Shown here: positions 17,617 through 25,390 of the stretch, piece after piece
Layout of the letters: each line of letters begins with the position of its first letter
Numbering within the stretch: the stretch's first letter is position 1
DNA from: a virus
Lineage: Duplodnaviria > Caudoviricetes
Length of the DNA stretch: 32,860 nucleotides
Direction: 5' to 3' (one strand)
IMG/VR virus record: IMGVR_UViG_3300017774_002720
Location: 1-32,860 of that record
Translations under genes and position numbers: made by a program
The notes under the pieces: generated by a model
Database searches by the model: none
Seen by the model: the letters and a program-made list of their open reading frames with translations, nothing else
What the model was told of the DNA's origin: nothing

Positions 17617-20388
17617 ATGAAAAGAATATTATTTTTATTATTTAGTTTAATTGCTATTACTTCCCAAGCACAAGTAAGTCTAGGAGGTTACATTCAACCA
17701 TTAAACAATTCATCTTATCCTGTTCAAATAGATAGTTTGGGAAAAGGTGGCTATATGGTAGCAAGAGATACTATTGAAAGAGATGCTATACCTTGTCTTA
17801 GAAAAAAATACGGGATGGCTGTTTATGTTCAATCAGTACAAAAACTCTACATTTTAAAGGATTCTACTTGTGTAAACACTTGGGTTGAATTTAGTGGCGG
17901 TAGTGGAGTATTCGACACCGTATATACTCAAAGCCCTATAATGTCCATAACAAGAGGGGATTCTAACATTATTTTTTTCAATGCGGATACAGCTAATGCT
18001 TGGAGGGGGAATGACACAAGCGGAGTAGAGGGAAATGGGACTCAAAATTTAGTTGCTAAATGGCTAATAACAGGCTCTATTCTTACTAATTCTCAAATAT
18101 ATGATAAAGATAATGTAGGTATAAATACAACCCTTCCAGAGTACAAATTAGATGTTGATGGTACAGGTAGATACAGAGATACATTATTTGCTGATAGTAA
18201 TTTAGTAATAAAAAAATTAGCTACAGGCATTGGTAACGAAGATAAAATGGTCACAATAAACTCTTCAGGGTTACTTAAAACACAAGTTATACCATCAGGT
18301 GGTGTTGCAGTAGATACAATTTTTAGAATATTAGGGAAGGATAGTATTTTTTATAAAAAGAACAATATCACTTATGCCATTAAAGATAGTGTTGGTGGTA
18401 GTGGAGTATTGGATACCGTATATACTCAAAGCCCTATAATGTCTAGAACAAGTGGGGATTCTAACATTATTTTTTTCAATGCGGATACTGCTAATGTATG
18501 GAGAGGTGGGGGAGGTGTTGCTGGTAGTGGTACACAATACTTTGTTCCTAAATGGTCAAATAGTACAACACTTCAAAATTCTCAAATCTTTGATTCGGTA
18601 AATGTTGGAATTAACACAACTTCCCCAGCTTATAAATTAGATGTAAAAGGTACAACAAGAATAAAAGCAGAGAGAAGTGGAGAATTATTTTTAATAGAAG
18701 ATTCACTTGGTAATGATAGGATAAAAGTAAGTAATGATAGTACATTTATAACTGGTGGAACAATACCTTTAACGATTATAGGTAGTGGGGGAGTTCAAGC
18801 AAGAATTGGGAATTCTAGTTTTGAATCACCACAAAGAATTTATAGATACAATGGGGATGTATTGGAATTTTATGCTGGGAATAATGATAATATTGGATTT
18901 GATTATAAATTTAATAATCAACAACTATCTACATCTACAAATTCGGCAATGATTAATTTAGGAGGTATATACAACAATCAACAATCATTTGCGTTTTCAA
19001 ATTTATTAATTTCCCCAACATACAATTTTGATTCTACAAATGTAACATCAAGTGCCATTGCAAGGGGAATATATTACAATCCGAATATACCTTTAAATGG
19101 ATTGAGAAGTGCAAAACACATTGCATTTCAAAGTAATTCTGGAAATGTAGTTATGAAGGGTTTAAAAAAATCATCTTCAACTACGGATAGCATTGCAATT
19201 TGGATTAATGACACATTAAGCAAAGCACCTTATCCATCAGGGGGTGAAGGCGGTGTTGCTGTAGATACTATTTTTAGGACTTTAGGTAAGGATAGTATTT
19301 TTTATAAAAAGAATAACATTACTTATGCTATTAAAGATAGTGTGGGAACTAATCCTCCACCTTTAGGATATTATGGAGCATTTTCAGACACTGTTACTCA
19401 AAATGTAGATATATTTTTCCCTTTAATTGGTGTCCCAATAAAGTTTAGAATAAATGACATAACACCCAATGGTATATCTATAGTAAGCAATTCAAGAATA
19501 ACTATTGCAAATGCAGGTGTTTACAATTTACAATGGTCAGCGCAATTTTTAAATCCAAATACATCTGAGGCAGATGTAAGCGTTTGGCTTAGAAAAAATG
19601 GTAGCGATGTGCCAGGTAGCCGAGGACTAGTAGGAGTTCCAAAAAGAGTTGGTGGAACAAATGGTCATATTTTACCATCATGGAACTTCGTAGTAAATGC
19701 TTCTAGTAACGATTATTACGAATTTGTTTGGAACGCAGCCAACGGAGATATTACAATGCCATACCTTGCGGCAGATGCAAATTCCCCAGCAACAGCAAGT
19801 GCAGTATTAACTGTTACTCAACAATCAGGTATAATGGCAGGTACGGGAATTTCCCCTTTAGATACAGCAAATATGCTTCTGCCTTACTTACGCAAAGCAG
19901 ATACAACAGCATTTCAACGCAAATCAATTCCGTCTTATACATTCTTAGCTAACAATACACCTGCAACGGCAAACGCGCAAGCTTTACCATTTAAAGATAC
20001 ATCGGGGGTGTATACACTTTCTCCAGTTTGGAGTACATCAGCTCCAACAGGTGCTACAAATCATACTTATAGATGGACAAGAATAGGCAACATGGTAACG
20101 CTTAACATATCACTTGTCTATGGTACAGTAAGTTCTAATAATACAACCTTAACAATTCCATTACCTACAGATTGCCCAACACCTGTAAAGCCAACAGGAT
20201 TAACAGCAGCAAGCAACTTTTTATATCCTGGTAGTTGCAATGGTGGTAATGCCTTAACAACGGCTGGTAATTTATCTGCTAGAGGTGGCTTAAGAAGTAA
20301 CGCAACAACTGGATTTGAAATTGCATTTTCATTTACACCTAATCCTTTTATATTTTTTCAAACAACAGTAACTTATTATACTAATTAA
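17617..20388 (+). CDS. Signal-peptide-bearing fibre/receptor-binding-like protein with internal repeats
   Basis: MKRILFLLFSLIAITSQA|Q signal. N-terminal ERDAIP..RKKYGMAVYV domain, NVGINTTxPxYKLDVxG shaft motif x2, C1q/BclA-like domain (GVYNLQWSAQF...WLRKNG...DYYEFVW), and terminal head domain (YRWTRIGNMVTL). Confidence 0.8.
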   Translation: MKRILFLLFSLIAITSQAQVSLGGYIQPLNNSSYPVQIDSLGKGGYMVARDTIERDAIPCLRKKYGMAVYVQSVQKLYILKDSTCVNTWVEFSGGSGVFDTVYTQSPIMSITRGDSNIIFFNADTANAWRGNDTSGVEGNGTQNLVAKWLITGSILTNSQIYDKDNVGINTTLPEYKLDVDGTGRYRDTLFADSNLVIKKLATGIGNEDKMVTINSSGLLKTQVIPSGGVAVDTIFRILGKDSIFYKKNNITYAIKDSVGGSGVLDTVYTQSPIMSRTSGDSNIIFFNADTANVWRGGGGVAGSGTQYFVPKWSNSTTLQNSQIFDSVNVGINTTSPAYKLDVKGTTRIKAERSGELFLIEDSLGNDRIKVSNDSTFITGGTIPLTIIGSGGVQARIGNSSFESPQRIYRYNGDVLEFYAGNNDNIGFDYKFNNQQLSTSTNSAMINLGGIYNNQQSFAFSNLLISPTYNFDSTNVTSSAIARGIYYNPNIPLNGLRSAKHIAFQSNSGNVVMKGLKKSSSTTDSIAIWINDTLSKAPYPSGGEGGVAVDTIFRTLGKDSIFYKKNNITYAIKDSVGTNPPPLGYYGAFSDTVTQNVDIFFPLIGVPIKFRINDITPNGISIVSNSRITIANAGVYNLQWSAQFLNPNTSEADVSVWLRKNGSDVPGSRGLVGVPKRVGGTNGHILPSWNFVVNASSNDYYEFVWNAANGDITMPYLAADANSPATASAVLTVTQQSGIMAGTGISPLDTANMLLPYLRKADTTAFQRKSIPSYTFLANNTPATANAQALPFKDTSGVYTLSPVWSTSAPTGATNHTYRWTRIGNMVTLNISLVYGTVSSNNTTLTIPLPTDCPTPVKPTGLTAASNFLYPGSCNGGNALTTAGNLSARGGLRSNATTGFEIAFSFTPNPFIFFQTTVTYYTN
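17899..18008 (+). repeat. Intragenic direct repeat A, copy 1
   Basis: 110 nt with 9 mismatches to 18397-18506 (manual alignment). Confidence 0.95.
18301..18395 (+). repeat. Intragenic direct repeat B, copy 1
   Basis: 95 nt with 11 mismatches to 19252-19346, mostly synonymous. Confidence 0.95.
18397..18506 (+). repeat. Intragenic direct repeat A, copy 2
   Basis: Encodes GSGVLDTVYTQSPIMSRTSGDSNIIFFNADTANVWRG. Confidence 0.95.
19252..19346 (+). repeat. Intragenic direct repeat B, copy 2
   Basis: Encodes GVAVDTIFRTLGKDSIFYKKNNITYAIKDSVG. Confidence 0.95.
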
Positions 20389-20389
20389 T

Positions 20390-20590
20390 ATGAGTCACAT
20401 ACGCAGAAAAATAACAGATACACCATCAGAAAATAATAGATTAGTTTATGTTGTTGTTAATACAAATAATTGGAATGATACATTAGAGAACCATCCTAAA
20501 ATAGTTAATGAATCTGATTTGTATGAGATAACAGACGAACCAATACCTACTGATATTGAATTATGGTCTATTGAATTTGAAGGCAATTAA
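20390..20590 (+). CDS. Small acidic protein, candidate fibre assembly chaperone
   Basis: 66 aa immediately after the fibre gene. Call is positional. Confidence 0.45.
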   Translation: MSHIRRKITDTPSENNRLVYVVVNTNNWNDTLENHPKIVNESDLYEITDEPIPTDIELWSIEFEGN

Positions 20591-20600
20591 ATAATAAACT

Positions 20601-21971
20601 ATGAAGTTATTTTTTATAATATTACTACTTCCATTTTATTCCTTTGCGAATACATACTATGTGTCTCAAAATGGCAATAATGATAGTAGCGGATTGTTTG
20701 TAAACAAAGCATGGCGAACACTTTCCAAAGTGGAAAGTGTTGTAGCTAGTGGCGATTCTGTTTTGTTTGAAAGAGGTAGCAGATTTGCTGATTCATTAGC
20801 CATCTCTAACAAATCAAACATTTATTTTGGTGCTTACGGCACTGGTGCTAATCCTTTATTTTGGGGTAAAGGAAGTACCATAAATGAATTAGTATTACTT
20901 TCAAATTGTTCCAACATAACTTTTTATGGTTGGACAATATCAGATACAACAATATCACCTACAGATAGAACTGTACAAGCTAAAATACAAATAGTATTTC
21001 AGTTTGGTAGTAACAGCACAAACAATGTAATTAGAAAATGTACAATGGATAGAATCGGATATGGTGCTTATTTTCGACCATTTTCAAATTCAAATACAAT
21101 GGATTCGTGCGATATTGGCAACTTAAGAATGATAAGAAATACTCAAGGTGGTGATGATGATTTTGGCGGTGTTCCTGTTCAGCTGTCTAGTAGAAATAAT
21201 ATAGTAAGCAACAATTACTTTCACGATTGTTATTCAACTAGTTTTGATTATGGTAATGATGGTGGAGGTGTAGAGTTTTTCTTGGAAACAGACACCGTTA
21301 AAGGCAATAGAGTAATGTACAATACTTTTTATGATGGTAATGGTACATTTGAGTTTGGGAGTAATAGTGGAGCATTAAGACCATTTACAGACAATATGAT
21401 TTATTACAACAAGATTATAAACTCTTCATCATTACTTTACATCAATAACAATCCAAATGCGAGTTATGAGACAAAAGTAAGAGGTTTGCAAATCTTTAAT
21501 AATATCATTGTTCAAACAGTTCCTAGTCGTAATTTAACTGATAGGATGATTAATATGCACACCGCTGACCCTACTGCTGGTATTCTTGTTATGCGTAATA
21601 ATATATTTGAGGTAACCAATGGTGCTAACGTTGCAAGACCTGACAGATTTAACACAGGGCAGATGATTAACAGCAATAATATCTATAAGTTATCAGGTGG
21701 CGGTGTGTTAAATTTTCCTACAAATTCTACAGAGATTGAAACAAATGGGGTTATTTGGGTTGATACAACAAATGCAAATCCTTTGTTTTGGAATTATAAT
21801 TTAACAGCAACATCACCAGGAATTAACAATGGTGTAAATGTAGGGCTTACAAGAGATTTTATTGGCAATCCTGTTGGTTCTATTCCTGATATTGGAGTGT
21901 TACAATTTGTAACAACACAGCCGACTAATAAATTTGTTACTAGAAAAAAATTCGTGAATTCATTGCCATAA
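20601..21971 (+). CDS. Secreted right-handed parallel beta-helix (pectate-lyase-like) protein, candidate tailspike/depolymerase
   Basis: Signal MKLFFIILLLPFYSFA|N. TYYVSQNGNNDSSG..AWRTL and GDSVLFERG N-cap, Asn ladders, and a C-terminal DFIGNP...PDIG choice-of-anchor-Q-like motif. Confidence 0.8.
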   Translation: MKLFFIILLLPFYSFANTYYVSQNGNNDSSGLFVNKAWRTLSKVESVVASGDSVLFERGSRFADSLAISNKSNIYFGAYGTGANPLFWGKGSTINELVLLSNCSNITFYGWTISDTTISPTDRTVQAKIQIVFQFGSNSTNNVIRKCTMDRIGYGAYFRPFSNSNTMDSCDIGNLRMIRNTQGGDDDFGGVPVQLSSRNNIVSNNYFHDCYSTSFDYGNDGGGVEFFLETDTVKGNRVMYNTFYDGNGTFEFGSNSGALRPFTDNMIYYNKIINSSSLLYINNNPNASYETKVRGLQIFNNIIVQTVPSRNLTDRMINMHTADPTAGILVMRNNIFEVTNGANVARPDRFNTGQMINSNNIYKLSGGGVLNFPTNSTEIETNGVIWVDTTNANPLFWNYNLTATSPGINNGVNVGLTRDFIGNPVGSIPDIGVLQFVTTQPTNKFVTRKKFVNSLP

Positions 21972-22030
21972 AACACTAATAAGAATAATAATTACTTATC
22001 TTTATAACGCAAAATATAAAAAAATAGACA

Positions 22031-22243
22031 ATGGATAATGCACAATTGACAAATGTATTAATGACCTGCATACTTGGTTTAATTGCTTTTGTATCGAACA
22101 TTTTTATTAAAAAAATGGATAGATTTGAAAAGAAAATAGAACAAATACTAATGTCTGACGTTGCTATGAATAAAGATATTGAGGTGATAAAGTCTGATAT
22201 TGATAACCACGAAATTCGCATCACTAATTTAGAAACAAAATAA
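22031..22243 (+). CDS. Single-TM plus coiled-coil membrane protein (holin/antiholin-like)
   Basis: TM segment VLMTCILGLIAFVSNIFI, then a heptad coiled coil ending HEIRITNLE. First gene of the lysis cassette. Confidence 0.6.
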   Translation: MDNAQLTNVLMTCILGLIAFVSNIFIKKMDRFEKKIEQILMSDVAMNKDIEVIKSDIDNHEIRITNLETK

Positions 22244-22249
22244 AAAAAT

Positions 22250-22477
22250 ATGGAACAAAGTACATTGTTTACGTTAAACACGTCAGATTTTATTAAAGGT
22301 TTATTAATGGCTGTTTTATCTACAGTTATAACAATTGTGTATCAAACTGTTGAAGCAGGCTCATTGGTGTTTGATTGGACAGCAATCGGCACTATGGCAT
22401 TAACTTCAGCACTTGCATACATCATGAAGAATTTATTTACTAATTCGCAAGGGTTATTGTTTAAAAAAGAAAAGTAA
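22250..22477 (+). CDS. Putative holin (two TM helices)
   Basis: 75 aa, two hydrophobic helices, basic C-terminus KKEK, upstream of spanin and endolysin. Confidence 0.7.
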   Translation: MEQSTLFTLNTSDFIKGLLMAVLSTVITIVYQTVEAGSLVFDWTAIGTMALTSALAYIMKNLFTNSQGLLFKKEK

Positions 22478-22516
22478 TTTTCTTGTCTTGGGAATTTATA
22501 ACTGATAAAAAAAATA

Positions 22517-23257
22517 ATGCAAAAAATCAGAACCCAAAGAAGACGACTGTTTTTTGATATAGAGGTTAGCCCGAATATAGGTATGTTCTGGGAGGCTGGA
22601 TATAAGAAAAACATAAGTCACGAAAATATAATAAAAGAAAGAGCAATAATTTGCATTTGTTATAAATGGGAAGATGATAAAGATGTCATGTTTTTGCAAT
22701 GGGATTCTAAGCAATCTGACAAAAAAATGTTAGAGCAATTTGTTAAAATTACTCAAGAAGCAAATGAATTAGTAGGGCACAATGGGGACAAATTTGATTT
22801 GTCATGGATAAGGACAAGATGCCTATTTCATAAGATTCAGATGTTCCCAAACTACACAACAATAGATACATTAAAAATCAGCCGAAGTAAGTTTAGATTC
22901 AATTCTAATAAATTAGATTACATAGCACAATTTTTAGGTATGGGGAAGAAAATCCATACTAATTTTTCATTGTGGAGGGATATTCTTTTGGATAAGAATA
23001 AAATTGCAATGGCTAAAATGATAAAGTATTGCAAGATGGATGTGGTTTTATTAGAAAAGGTTTACAAGCAATTATCAACTCACGTCATGCCGAAAACTCA
23101 TTATGGAGTAATATTTGGCAGTGATAGAAGTGATTGTCCAGAATGTGGTTCAGATGATTGTAAAAAATCTGGAATTAGGGTTACTGCATCTGGCACTAAA
23201 TACCAAAGGTTTCAATGTAATACTTGCTTTAAATACTATCAAAAATTAGTAAGATAA
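22517..23257 (+). CDS. DEDDy 3'-5' exonuclease (PolB-exo/YprB RNase H-like) with C-terminal Zn ribbon
   Basis: ExoI FFDIE, ExoII GHNGDKFDL, ExoIII YCKMDV, and CPECGS...FQCNTC. Confidence 0.85.
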   Translation: MQKIRTQRRRLFFDIEVSPNIGMFWEAGYKKNISHENIIKERAIICICYKWEDDKDVMFLQWDSKQSDKKMLEQFVKITQEANELVGHNGDKFDLSWIRTRCLFHKIQMFPNYTTIDTLKISRSKFRFNSNKLDYIAQFLGMGKKIHTNFSLWRDILLDKNKIAMAKMIKYCKMDVVLLEKVYKQLSTHVMPKTHYGVIFGSDRSDCPECGSDDCKKSGIRVTASGTKYQRFQCNTCFKYYQKLVR

Positions 23258-23427
23258 TGCACAAAAATAGAATATTAGCAATACTAGGGGATGTGCAAGT
23301 ACACGAAGCCATTGCGATTATAGAGTCGATAGGCAAAGAATTAAGAAGAAAAAATTCAATTAGAATTAATAATAAAGTTGGGCAAGAATCATTAAATTTG
23401 AGTAGGACTATAAAACCAAAAAAATGA
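23257..23427 (+). CDS. 56-aa hypothetical protein missing from the ORF track (MHKNRILAILGDVQVHEAIAIIESIGKELRRK...PKK)
   Basis: TAATG overlap with the upstream gene and ATGA overlap with the downstream gene. Confidence 0.7.
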   Translation: MHKNRILAILGDVQVHEAIAIIESIGKELRRKNSIRINNKVGQESLNLSRTIKPKK

Positions 23428-23705
23428 ATGAAAAAGACCTTAAAGAGCCATCCGTTCCCGAACAAGAAGAAATAGAAGAGTATGTATACGAGGAATCTAC
23501 TCCATGGAGTGAAGTAATACACTCGGTTTTTGCAGCGTTTTCTGCCATTGAAGATATAGACATGGCGATGTCATCTAATCAGGACAGGGTAAGAATAAAA
23601 AGGATACGGAGAAAAGGATTGGTTTTACTGGATATGGGAATAAGCGAGATTTATCAAGATAAAATAGAAGAATATGGAATTGAAGAAAGTACTGAAGATA
23701 TATAG
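23424..23705 (+). CDS. Acidic hypothetical protein
   Basis: 93 aa, overlapping both neighbours in the operon. Confidence 0.65.
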   Translation: MNEKDLKEPSVPEQEEIEEYVYEESTPWSEVIHSVFAAFSAIEDIDMAMSSNQDRVRIKRIRRKGLVLLDMGISEIYQDKIEEYGIEESTEDI

Positions 23706-24171
23706 TTTGTTAGCATTGTTGCTCACAGGATGCTATAAGCCTATGGATGCATTAAGAGATATCTATAAGGCAGAAATGCGTTATCCTAAAGTTGTTTCTG
23801 ATTATGTGGGGGAACACTTCCCATGCAATCCAAGAACAGATAGCTTAATAAAAATAGACACCTTATACAAGGACATAGAAGTGATATGTCCCCCTAGCGA
23901 TACGTTATACGATACTATTAACCAAATCGCAACCAAGATAATAACAAGACCTGTAAAGAAATATATATCTATTCCATCTAAAACTATCACCATTACTAAG
24001 TACGTGCAGGACTCAGCTAAGATTAGGTCATTATCATTAGCCAATTCCCAAACACAACTAGAATTAAAAAAATGTTCAGAGCAAAAGGAAAAGAAATCTA
24101 ACTGGATACTTTGGTTAGTTATCGCATTGTTTTGTAGCCTTTTGCTTAACGTGATTCAAATAAAGAAATAG
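23674..24171 (+). CDS. Putative unimolecular spanin (N-terminal lipoprotein signal plus C-terminal TM)
   Basis: Lipobox LLLTG|C and C-terminal TM WILWLVIALFCSLLLNVI. Adjacent to the endolysin. Confidence 0.7.
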   Translation: MELKKVLKIYSLLALLLTGCYKPMDALRDIYKAEMRYPKVVSDYVGEHFPCNPRTDSLIKIDTLYKDIEVICPPSDTLYDTINQIATKIITRPVKKYISIPSKTITITKYVQDSAKIRSLSLANSQTQLELKKCSEQKEKKSNWILWLVIALFCSLLLNVIQIKK

Positions 24172-24173
24172 CC

Positions 24174-24638
24174 ATGCAAACAAGTAATAACTTTGTAAAA
24201 TCAATAATAGCTTCAGAAGGATTAGAATTGGATGCGTATAGAGATTCTAAAGGAATTCCTACAATTGGTATTGGAACAATTAAATACCCTAATGGGGTAA
24301 AAGTTAAGATGGGTGATAAGTGTACTGAGGAACAGGCTTATTTTTATTTGAATGATTATGTAAAAAAAATGGTTATTGCTATAAATAAATTAATAAAAGG
24401 TATAGATATAAACCAGAATCAATTCGATGCTATTTGTTCCCTGACCTATAATATAGGAACGACAGGATTTACCGATTCTACAGTATTGAAATTAATGAAA
24501 AAGAATCCTAAAGACCCATTAATAGAGGGGGCTTGGTTAGCTTGGAACAAAGAAACAAAAAATGGTATCAAAGTCCCCAGCAAAGGGTTGACTAATAGAA
24601 GAAAAAGAGAATACCAGTTGTATATCACTCCTATGTAA
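24174..24638 (+). CDS. Endolysin, GH24 phage lysozyme
   Basis: Catalytic E-x8-D-x5-T (EGLELDAYRDSKGIPTIG), plus QNQFDAICSLTYNIG and GLTNRRKRE. Confidence 0.93.
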   Translation: MQTSNNFVKSIIASEGLELDAYRDSKGIPTIGIGTIKYPNGVKVKMGDKCTEEQAYFYLNDYVKKMVIAINKLIKGIDINQNQFDAICSLTYNIGTTGFTDSTVLKLMKKNPKDPLIEGAWLAWNKETKNGIKVPSKGLTNRRKREYQLYITPM

Positions 24639-25136
24639 TTACAAGGTAACATTTACAGAGTAGATGTATCCTAGTGCATCCTTAACCCTGAAGGTGTAGT
24701 TGGTATTTCTTCCCAAACCATTCCAAAAAACCTTATTTAGAATATAACTTGATGTAGAATTTCTGCTGAATTTGTAAGGAGGTTTTCCCCCACTTGCTTC
24801 TAGTTTTATAGATAAGAATAGATTAGGTGATGGAACATATTGTTCAATAGGTACATACCTTGTGCCATTCCATGCAAACAACTTCATAGTAACATTGTCG
24901 TACAGCGTACATACAGACGTTTTAACGCAGTCTTTTGAGTCTTTTGCATAGATTGTATGCCGACCTGCAATTACGTTAAAAAACGTATCGTTTACTTGGT
25001 ATGGATTACCATCTATGGAATAAGTATACGGAGCAGTTCCCCCACTTCCATTTGCCTTAATAAAATTACCTTCCAACTCTTGAGAATAACATTTAGTTGA
25101 CATCAACAAAAAGGTCGCAATGATTATTTTGTTCAT
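24639..25136 (-). CDS. Secreted protein with two SprB-like repeats
   Basis: Start reassigned to MNKIIIATFLLMSTKCYS|Q. Repeats SGGTAPYTYSIDG...HTIYAKDSKDC and SGGKPPYKFS...YTFRVKDALG. Confidence 0.7.
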   Translation of the reverse strand: MNKIIIATFLLMSTKCYSQELEGNFIKANGSGGTAPYTYSIDGNPYQVNDTFFNVIAGRHTIYAKDSKDCVKTSVCTLYDNVTMKLFAWNGTRYVPIEQYVPSPNLFLSIKLEASGGKPPYKFSRNSTSSYILNKVFWNGLGRNTNYTFRVKDALGYIYSVNVTL

Positions 25137-25147
25137 AATATTTTTTA

Positions 25148-25390
25148 TTACCAATTATAAATATTAATTACGCAATACTTTTCTCCAACATTAATTATTT
25201 CGTATACTGATGTTGGTATTATATCAAAATGTCTTTCATTACCACTACAATCGTTTTTGACTACAATAGTTTGATATGGATAAATGGCAGTTGTATTACC
25301 ATAATCCCATGTAATTACACCACAGTTACAAATTTTTTCTTTTTTGCAACTCGTTAAAAATAACAACATTATTATTATTATTTTCTTCAT
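25148..25390 (-). CDS. Small lipoprotein
   Basis: Start reassigned to MKKIIIIMLLFLTS|CKKEK. Cys-rich mature part (CNCG...C...C). Confidence 0.7.
   Translation of the reverse strand: MKKIIIIMLLFLTSCKKEKICNCGVITWDYGNTTAIYPYQTIVVKNDCSGNERHFDIIPTSVYEIINVGEKYCVINIYNW

Noticed and set aside
17899-19346. Repeat pairs as the TR/VR of a diversity-generating retroelement
   Set aside because: Mismatches are not adenine-specific, many are synonymous, both copies are in frame within one gene, and no reverse transcriptase is present in the window.
21900-21971. T9SS C-terminal sorting domain on the beta-helix protein
   Set aside because: Only a short basic strand (TRKKFVN) is present. The roughly 70-aa domain with its YPNP and GxY motifs is absent.
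22517-23257. DNA polymerase gene or fragment
   Set aside because: Only the exonuclease domain plus a Zn ribbon is present. No polymerase domain follows and the gene is cleanly coupled to the next ORF.
204-24652. Short minus-strand ORFs opposite late genes (e.g. 204-476, 1119-1451, 2748-3074, 6478-6840, 21976-22281, 23229-23522), plus 19728-19952 (+)
   Set aside because: They are shadow frames fully overlapping well-supported genes and have no leaders or motifs. The similarity between 17854-18045 and 18331-18537 simply mirrors repeat A.
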